From Planctomycetota bacterium (GTDB taxonomy: Bacteria > Planctomycetota > PLA2 > JAEUHO01), in contig JBFWRP010000007.1 of NCBI GenBank assembly GCA_050248855.1, positions 1 through 64,000 on the forward strand: a stretch of DNA of 64,000 bases. Direction: 5' to 3'. The notes under the pieces were generated by a model. It did no database searches. It worked only from the letters and a program-made list of their open reading frames with translations, and was not told the origin of the DNA. Both the position numbers and the translations under genes were made by a program. Of the stretch, positions 57,578-64,000 are shown one piece after another (position 1 is the first letter of the stretch; each line of letters opens with the position of its first letter).

Positions 57578-58237
57578 TCAGCGGGCGCGTGCCAGCCGCA
57601 AGACTTCGGCGACGCAGTGCTCGATGCCCGCGGCCACGTCGGCGATGCCGGGCCCGAGCATGTAGGCCGGCGTCGAGACGATGCGGCGCTCTTCGTCCGT
57701 GACGGCCTCCTCGACCGGGCAGGCCACGTGCGTGGCGCCGCAGGCCTCGATGGCCTCCGCCGTGCCGGCGTCGTTGCCGATGGTCAAGCGCGGCCCCTCG
57801 TCCCCCAGGACCCTGGCCATGAGGGCCGGCGCGATGCAGATCGCGCCGATGGGCTTGCCCGCCGCGTGCACGGCGCGGACGAGGCGCTCCACGCCGGGAT
57901 CGACGCGGGCCTCCGCGCCTTTCGTCGCGAAGTCGCACAGGTTGAGCGCCGCGCCGAAGCCGCCTGGAAGCACCAGGGCGTCCAGCTGGTTGGCGTCGGC
58001 CTTCGCCACGTCCTCCACGGCTCCACGGGCAATGCGGGCGCTCTCGTGCAGCACGTTGCGCACCTCGCGGGTGGTCTTGCCCGTCAGGTGGTCCACGACG
58101 CGGGCCTGGGGGATGTCCGGGGCAAAGCACACGGCCTCGGCCCCGGCCCGGGCCAGGGCCAAGAGCGTGAGGACGCTCTCCTGGATCTCGGCTCCATCGC
58201 GGTACCCGCACCCGCTCAACACGACTCCGACACGCAT
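57578..58237 (-). CDS. elbB: DJ-1/PfpI family glyoxalase ElbB
   Basis: LSGCGYRDGAEIQE, ESARIARG, PGGFGAA and STPAYM. Confidence 0.92.
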   Translation of the reverse strand: MRVGVVLSGCGYRDGAEIQESVLTLLALARAGAEAVCFAPDIPQARVVDHLTGKTTREVRNVLHESARIARGAVEDVAKADANQLDALVLPGGFGAALNLCDFATKGAEARVDPGVERLVRAVHAAGKPIGAICIAPALMARVLGDEGPRLTIGNDAGTAEAIEACGATHVACPVEEAVTDEERRIVSTPAYMLGPGIADVAAGIEHCVAEVLRLARAR

Positions 58238-58289
58238 GACGACCTCCTCGTGGGGAGCCTACCGGCGGAGCGGGCGTCGGGGGTGCCCG

Positions 58290-58631
58290 TCACCCACCTG
58301 GAGAGGCGGCGCGGGGGTGCGGCGCCATGAACACGAGCACGCGCGCCGGCCCCGGCCCCGGGTTGTCCACGCCGTGCTCCTCGCCCGCCGGGCACCAGAC
58401 GATCTCGCCCGGCTCCAGGACGTGGACTTCGTCGCCCGTCGTCACCCGCGGGCGGCCCTCGAGCGCGAAGTAGCACTTGTCCTCGCGTGCGTGGGTGTGG
58501 GGCTTCTGGGCCTGCCCCACGCCCAGCACGTAGACGTCGGCGAAGAACCGCGGCGTCTCGAACAGGTTGTGCTTGGCCAGGGCATCCGCCCGGCCCTCGG
58601 TCACGAGGCGCGTATCTCGACGACGCTGCAC
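58290..58631 (-). CDS. Cupin domain protein
   Basis: KHNLFET, GQAQKPHTH..EDK and HGVDN. Start uncertain. Confidence 0.8.
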   Translation of the reverse strand: MQRRRDTRLVTEGRADALAKHNLFETPRFFADVYVLGVGQAQKPHTHAREDKCYFALEGRPRVTTGDEVHVLEPGEIVWCPAGEEHGVDNPGPGPARVLVFMAPHPRAASPGG

Positions 58632-58786
58632 GAGTGTGTCTCCTGCATGCGACCGCGGGCTGGGGGTGCGCGAAGGCCGCGGTCGGGCCTCGATCCTAGT
58701 GCACCAGGCGCCCCGGATCCTGGCTCGAACCGCCACGGGACGACGTGTGTCTCCCTGGGCAGCGCGCGGCTCGCTATGCTCTGCGC

Positions 58787-59452
58787 ATGACGGCCGACAC
58801 TGCGGATCCGGTGGTCCTGCTCCTTGCCGCCGGGCGCGGCGAGCGCATGGGCGACGACAAGCCGCTCATCCATGTCGGCGGCGTGCCGATGGTCGAGCGG
58901 ACGCTCGCGGCGTACCGCGAGGCCAAGCGGGTGCGCGACATCCTCCTCGTCGTCGCGGGCGGGCGTGCGGCGGACTACGCCCCCTACCGCCGCGTCGACG
59001 TGCACGTGCTCGAGAACCCCGACCCGGGGCGCGGCATGATCTCGTCGATCCGCACGGCGCTCTCCAGCTCGTGGGCCCTGGAGCGGCACTTCCTGATCGC
59101 GCCCGTGGACGTGCCGTTCGTCAAGCCCGAGCTGGTGGACCAGCTCGTGATGACGTTCACGACGCGTGACTGCAAGATCGTCCTCCCGGCCTACAGGGGC
59201 CTGGGGGGCCATCCGGGCCTCTACCACGCATCGCTGCGCGACGAGTTCTTCCTCCACGGCGACATCGCGGGCGCACGCGAGATCCTGATGCGCCACCAGT
59301 CCGCCACGGTGCGCCTCAACGTTCCCGACCCGGACGTGTGTTTCGACATCGACACGCCGCAGACGCTCGAGATCGCCATGGATGCCGGCGCACGCTGGGC
59401 TGCCGTCGAGGAAGCCGCCGAGCGCAAGCGCCAGCAGCGCTTCGGGGTGTAG
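58787..59452 (+). CDS. MobA/MocA-like nucleotidyltransferase
   Basis: LAAGRGERMG..K, GMISSI, PVDVP, GHP and DIDTP. Confidence 0.88.
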   Translation: MTADTADPVVLLLAAGRGERMGDDKPLIHVGGVPMVERTLAAYREAKRVRDILLVVAGGRAADYAPYRRVDVHVLENPDPGRGMISSIRTALSSSWALERHFLIAPVDVPFVKPELVDQLVMTFTTRDCKIVLPAYRGLGGHPGLYHASLRDEFFLHGDIAGAREILMRHQSATVRLNVPDPDVCFDIDTPQTLEIAMDAGARWAAVEEAAERKRQQRFGV

Positions 59453-59456
59453 CGAC

Positions 59457-59931
59457 CCCGGATGTGTCAGGACCATTGCCGCGGCGCCGCAGAGCGGCAA
59501 CGTGGGCAAGGTGCCTGACACGCAGGGGGCGCGATTCGCCGGCCGGCGGACGACGGTGTCAGAGCGAACCCGGATGTGTCAGGACCCTTGCCGCGGCGCC
59601 GCGCAGCGGCAACGTGGGCAAGGTGCCTGACACGCAGGGGGCGCGATTCGCCGGCCGGCGGACGACGCAGTCCGGTGTCTGGTCACTCCACGCTCGTTCC
59701 GCGCTCCCGCGCGGATTCGGTGCTCCGGCTTCGCCTGCGCAGCAGGGGGCGCGATTCGCCGGCCGGCGGACGACGCAGTCCGGTGTCTGGTCACTCCACG
59801 CTCGTTCCGCGCTCCCGCGCGGATTCGGTGCTCCGGCTTCGCCTGCGCAGCAGGGGGGCTATTCCGTACCCCCCCTGCACCCCTCACGGTCCCCCCTGCA
59901 CCCCTCACGGTCCCCCCTGCACCCCTCACGG
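59457..59931. repeat. Composite intergenic repeat array (two 112-bp-period units, two ~108-bp units, three 21-bp units)
   Basis: Direct repeats visible in the sequence. All long units share GCAGGGGGCGCGATTCGCCGGCCGGCGGACGACG. Confidence 0.88.
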
Positions 59932-59952
59932 GGTTCGGGCACCTCCGCGCGA

Positions 59953-61503
59953 CTACCGCCGGCGGCTGACGCTCTTGATCTGCAGGAAGTTGCCGAGGTA
60001 GTCGGGCCCGCCGGCCTTCGAGCAGGTACCGCTCATGCCGTAGCCGCCGAAGGGCTGTGCGCCGACCAGGGCGCCCGTGCACTTGCGATTGACGTACAGG
60101 TTGCCCACGTGGAAGTCGGCAATGCCCTCGGCCACGCGCTCTTCGCGATCGGTGTAGAAGCCGCCCGTCAACCCGTACTCCGTGTCGTTGGCGATCGCGA
60201 GCGCGTGGTCCCAGTCGCGGGCCTTGATGACGGCCAGCACCGGGCCGAACACCTCCTCGCGCGCCAGCCGTGCGTCGGGCGCCACGTCCTTGATGATCGT
60301 GGGCTCGATGAACCAACCCGGTCGATCCGCAGCCTTGCCGCCGTGGACCAGCTGGCCTTCCTTCTTGCCGATCTCGATGTAGGAGAGCGTCTTCTCGTAG
60401 GCGTCTTCGGAGATGACGGGCCCGTAGGGCGTGGTCGGATCCGCCGGATCCCCCATCCTCAGCTTGGCCGCCCGCTCGACCAGCTTGTCCACGAACTTGT
60501 CGTAGGCGGCCTCCACGACGATGGCGCGCGAGCACGCCGAGCACTTCTGGCCCTGGAAGCCGTAGGCCGCGGCGATCGTGGCGTCCGCCGCGTCGTCGAG
60601 GTCCTTGACGTCGTCGATGACCATGGCGTCCTTGCCGCCCATCTCGGCAACGACGCGCTTGATCCAGCGCTGCTCGGGCGAGCGCTTGGTGGCCTGCTCG
60701 GCGATCCACAGCCCCACGGCCTTGCTGCCCGTGAAGCTGATGAAGCGCGTGTCGGGATGCTGGACGAGCCGCGCGCCGCACACTTCGCCGTTGCCCGTGA
60801 GGAAGTTCACGACGCCGTGCGGCAGGCCTACGTCCTCGAACAGCTGCATCAGCTGCCAGGCCACGGTCGGCGACTCCTCGGCCGGCTTCATCACGACCGT
60901 GTTGCCCGCCACGACCGCGCTCACCACCGTGCCGCAGAGGATCGCGAAGGGGAAGTTCCACGGCGCGATCACCGCGCCCACACCCAGCGGGATGTAGAAA
61001 CAGGTGTTCTTGTCTCCCGTGTCGATGACCGGAAGTCCCTTCGCGTAGCGCAGGGCCTCGCGCCCGTAGTACTCGAGGAAGTCGATGGCTTCGGCCGTGT
61101 CGCCGTCGGCCTCGGCCCAGTTCTTGCCGACCTCGCGCACCATCCACGCCGACCAGAAGTGCTTGTCCTTGCGGACGCGGTCGGCCATCTCGAACAGGTA
61201 CGCGGCCCGCTCCTCGAAGCTGGTCTTGGACCACGCCGGGAACGCGGCCTGGGCCGCGGCAATGGCGCGGTCCGCCTCGGCCACGCCGGCGTCCGGGAAG
61301 ACGCCGATCACCTGGTCGGGGTTGGCGGGGTTGAAGGACGCGATCGTCGCCTTCGTGGTGACGCGCTCGCCGCCGATCACGCACGGACCCGCTTGGCCGA
61401 GACGTCCATCGACGCGCGCCAACGCCTCCCGGAAGGCCTGGGCGTTCGCCGGGACCGAGAAGTCGGTGAAGGGCTCGTTCTTGAAGGGGGGGCGGGCGGA
61501 CAT
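59953..61503 (-). CDS. pruA: 1-pyrroline-5-carboxylate dehydrogenase
   Basis: FKNEP, EAIDFLEYY, PWNFP, FTGS, EMGGK, GQKCSACSR and KAGGPDYL. Confidence 0.93.
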   Translation of the reverse strand: MSARPPFKNEPFTDFSVPANAQAFREALARVDGRLGQAGPCVIGGERVTTKATIASFNPANPDQVIGVFPDAGVAEADRAIAAAQAAFPAWSKTSFEERAAYLFEMADRVRKDKHFWSAWMVREVGKNWAEADGDTAEAIDFLEYYGREALRYAKGLPVIDTGDKNTCFYIPLGVGAVIAPWNFPFAILCGTVVSAVVAGNTVVMKPAEESPTVAWQLMQLFEDVGLPHGVVNFLTGNGEVCGARLVQHPDTRFISFTGSKAVGLWIAEQATKRSPEQRWIKRVVAEMGGKDAMVIDDVKDLDDAADATIAAAYGFQGQKCSACSRAIVVEAAYDKFVDKLVERAAKLRMGDPADPTTPYGPVISEDAYEKTLSYIEIGKKEGQLVHGGKAADRPGWFIEPTIIKDVAPDARLAREEVFGPVLAVIKARDWDHALAIANDTEYGLTGGFYTDREERVAEGIADFHVGNLYVNRKCTGALVGAQPFGGYGMSGTCSKAGGPDYLGNFLQIKSVSRRR

Positions 61504-61571
61504 CGTTCCTCCTGCAGGCTCGGGGTGCGGACTCTAACGCGAGGCCGACGAAGGGGCCTTAGGGTGGGGCG

Positions 61572-64000
61572 ATGCCTGCCCCGCGGTCATCGGCCCGTCG
61601 CGCGCCGCTTGGCGGTGTGGCCCTCTTGCTGGGCGTGGGCGCCGGCACGTCGGTCCTCGCCACGCTGACGGTGCTCGTGCGCGACGCGGCGCCGCACGCG
61701 AGCGCGGGCGCTGCCGGGGCGGCCCTCTTCGCGGTGGGACTGGCACTGGGCGCGCGTGGCGCCGCCCGCAACGCCGACGACGTGGCGCGTCCGGCGCGTC
61801 GTGCCGCGTGGCTCCTGGCGCTGCTGGCCGGCGTTGCGGCCGCCGCACCGCGCTCCGTTCCCTGGCTCTACGACCTGCTGCCGGGAAGCGGACTGGCCGC
61901 GGCGCTCGGCGGCGCCCTGCCGGCACTCCTGTCCACCGGCCTGCTTCTCGGCTTCCTGCTGCCGCTGCTCGCCTGCCACGGCGTCCGCGACCTGGAACGG
62001 GCTGCCCGCCCCGGCGTGACCGTGCTCGCAGGTGCCTTCGCCGGCCTCGCCCTGGCCGCGCCGCTCTCCACATGGATCACGGCGGGCGTGGCACCCGCGT
62101 GGACCGAGGCCCTCCCCGCGGCGCTCCTGCTGCTCGCCGCCCTCCCCGCGGCCCGGGCGGGCCGCGGGCCGGAGACCGAGGTGGCTGCGCCGGCGGGCGT
62201 CCCCGGGAGGCAGGGCGAGGGCCGTGGCGTCGCTTGGCCCGTGCTGGCTGCCAGCGTGCTCGCGGGCCCCCTGGCCGTGGCGTTGACCCGCCTTCTCGAG
62301 CCGGTGATGGACGCCGGGGTGCATGCGCGCGATGCCTTGCTCGGCGCCGCAGCCCTCGCGGCCGCGGCGGGCTTGGGCCTCGGCTGGTTCGTCACGCGAC
62401 GGCGCGAGCGCCCGGCGGGCCTCACGCCGTGGGGCCTCGCGCTGGCGTCTGCCGCGGCGCTGGCCGTGCTCGTGAGCGACGAGCACCGCGCCGAACGCGT
62501 GCTGGCCATCGCGCCCGGTGACGGCACGGCTTGGCGTGTGGGGTGGACGGCGCTCCTTGCCGTCGGTCCGCCCGCCGCGCTTCTCGCCGCGGCGCTGCCT
62601 CCCGCGTTGAAGGTGCGCTGTGACTGGACCGGACGTCCGGGCCAAGCGACGGGTCGGCTCGTCGCGCGGACATCCGCAGGCCTGGCCCTCGGCGCGGTCG
62701 TCGGTGGCTGGATCGTGGTGCCGCGACTTGGCGCCGCACCGACCGTGGTCGCCGTGGCCGGTCTGCTCTTGGCCCTTGCCGTCGTCACGCGCCTGCGCAC
62801 GCCGGGCCGCTGGCGCACCGCCGAAGCACTCCTGTTCCTGGCAGCCCTCGGCGCGCTGGCGTGGCCGGGGATGTGGCAGCGCTTGACCGAGGCCGCACCG
62901 CGCGCTTCGACGCTGTGGCTCGTGCGCGGTCGCGGCTCCGCGCCGCTGCCGGTGCTCCCCGAGCCGGCGGATGTACATGTGGTCGCCGAGCTGCTGGGTC
63001 TCGAGGAGACCGAGCCGCGGCTCCCGGGACGCTTGGAGCGCGTCCAGGGCCTGTACATCCCAGGACGTAGCCAGCTGGCCTTGGCCGACGGACTCGAGCT
63101 CGCGGGTGGCGGCACGACCGCATCGGGCTGGGAGCGGAGCTCCGTCGAAGTCCTGTTGGGGCACCTCGCGTTCCTGCACGGTAGCCCACGCCGCGCACTC
63201 GTCGTCGGCTACGGAACGGGCGATGTGGTCCGGGCGCTGCATGCGGCGGGCTGCGAGGACATCGCCGCGACGGACGGCGAGCCCGCGTGGCTCGAGTACG
63301 CGTCTACGGGAGCGCTGGGCCCGCTTCCGCCGGGGCTGCGCACGCTCGCCGCGCGTTCGCCGCGGGGGGCGCTGCGCACCGCAGGGGATCTTGCGGGTGG
63401 CCCCTGCGACATCGTCGTGCTTGACGCCGCGCCACTTGCGCGCCGCGGGCACGCGGACGCCCTGTCGCCTGCAGCCTTCTCCGAGCTTCACGAGGCCCTC
63501 GCCCCCGGCGGCCATGCCGTGCTGGCCTTCGATCTCGACGACCTCGACGTGACGGCGCTCGAGGGCGTGATCGGTTCCTTCGAGGCGCAGTTTCCTGCCG
63601 CGGTGGTCTGGCTTGCCGAGGACGCGCTCGCCCTGACCGGCAGGCGATTCGCGCCCGCGCCCACGCCTGCCGATCGCCCGGCGGACTTCGTGCCCGAGTC
63701 CCCTTCCTCGCCGCGCGTCCAAGCGTGGCGGCCCGGCCAGCTCTCGCTGCGCGCCATGCGCGCGGCTGCCGTGGCGCGTTCCGCGGCGCGCCTGCACACG
63801 CACGCGAACGATGCTGCGGCTCTCGCATGGGGCGTGTCGGGGGCACGTTTGGCGCGTGCCGAGCCCACCGCGCGCGCAGCCCTCCAGGGCGAGCCAGCAG
63901 CGAGCCTCCAGGCCCCGACCCGCTACCCGAGCTGGGTACGAGCCTTCGCCGACGTAGGGGAGGAGGGAGCCACGGCGCCAGCCCTGGGACTGGACAGACT
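61572..64000 (+). CDS. Fused membrane (MFS-like) / spermidine-synthase-like protein, running off the window end
   Basis: Open frame from ATG 61572, absent from the ORF track because it has no stop. Many TM helices, then LLGHL...RALVVGYGTG at ~63195. Confidence 0.7.
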   Translation, partial: MPAPRSSARRAPLGGVALLLGVGAGTSVLATLTVLVRDAAPHASAGAAGAALFAVGLALGARGAARNADDVARPARRAAWLLALLAGVAAAAPRSVPWLYDLLPGSGLAAALGGALPALLSTGLLLGFLLPLLACHGVRDLERAARPGVTVLAGAFAGLALAAPLSTWITAGVAPAWTEALPAALLLLAALPAARAGRGPETEVAAPAGVPGRQGEGRGVAWPVLAASVLAGPLAVALTRLLEPVMDAGVHARDALLGAAALAAAAGLGLGWFVTRRRERPAGLTPWGLALASAAALAVLVSDEHRAERVLAIAPGDGTAWRVGWTALLAVGPPAALLAAALPPALKVRCDWTGRPGQATGRLVARTSAGLALGAVVGGWIVVPRLGAAPTVVAVAGLLLALAVVTRLRTPGRWRTAEALLFLAALGALAWPGMWQRLTEAAPRASTLWLVRGRGSAPLPVLPEPADVHVVAELLGLEETEPRLPGRLERVQGLYIPGRSQLALADGLELAGGGTTASGWERSSVEVLLGHLAFLHGSPRRALVVGYGTGDVVRALHAAGCEDIAATDGEPAWLEYASTGALGPLPPGLRTLAARSPRGALRTAGDLAGGPCDIVVLDAAPLARRGHADALSPAAFSELHEALAPGGHAVLAFDLDDLDVTALEGVIGSFEAQFPAAVVWLAEDALALTGRRFAPAPTPADRPADFVPESPSSPRVQAWRPGQLSLRAMRAAAVARSAARLHTHANDAAALAWGVSGARLARAEPTARAALQGEPAASLQAPTRYPSWVRAFADVGEEGATAPALGLDR

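Noticed and set aside
59457..59931. Possible CRISPR array
   Set aside because: Intervening sequences are duplicated rather than unique, the period (~108-112 bp) is too long, and no cas genes are present.
35..63868. Many long overlapping or antisense ORFs (e.g. 5892-9440, 24427-28044, 14934-17771, 49350-52388, 61587-63803)
   Set aside because: They are shadows of real genes in very high-GC DNA where stop codons are rare. The translations are Arg/Pro/Gly-rich or mirror-codon with no motifs.

Overview
Very GC-rich bacterial chromosomal segment, probably from an uncultured Planctomycetota/PVC-like organism (inferred from the pilin-like proteins, Cys-containing porins and gene content; not verified). 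About 56 mostly housekeeping CDS are present: polA, clpP, leuB plus a fused small-large isopropylmalate dehydratase, thiolase/crotonase/hbd, ribBA, speA, queC, queF, moeA, a NuoEF fusion, oxyR-dps, mrp and pruA. There is also one tRNA. I see no integrase, transposase, prophage, CRISPR or defence island. The most notable signals are: (1) a tRNA-Leu with the rare A34 anticodon AAG; (2) two tandem porin paralogues with near-identical scaffolds but divergent loop segments, each followed by the same REP-like array; (3) a candidate structured small RNA downstream of queC; (4) at least 13 genes with a -10-like hexamer 6-7 nt before the start codon, suggesting widespread leaderless mRNAs; (5) several families of intergenic palindromic REP/REPIN-like elements, some sharing TACGG...CCGTA ends; (6) an ECF sigma / FGE-domain protein / ClpP / twin-pilin cluster; (7) several apparent pseudo-enzymes. 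All functional calls come from motif recognition by eye, with no database searches.
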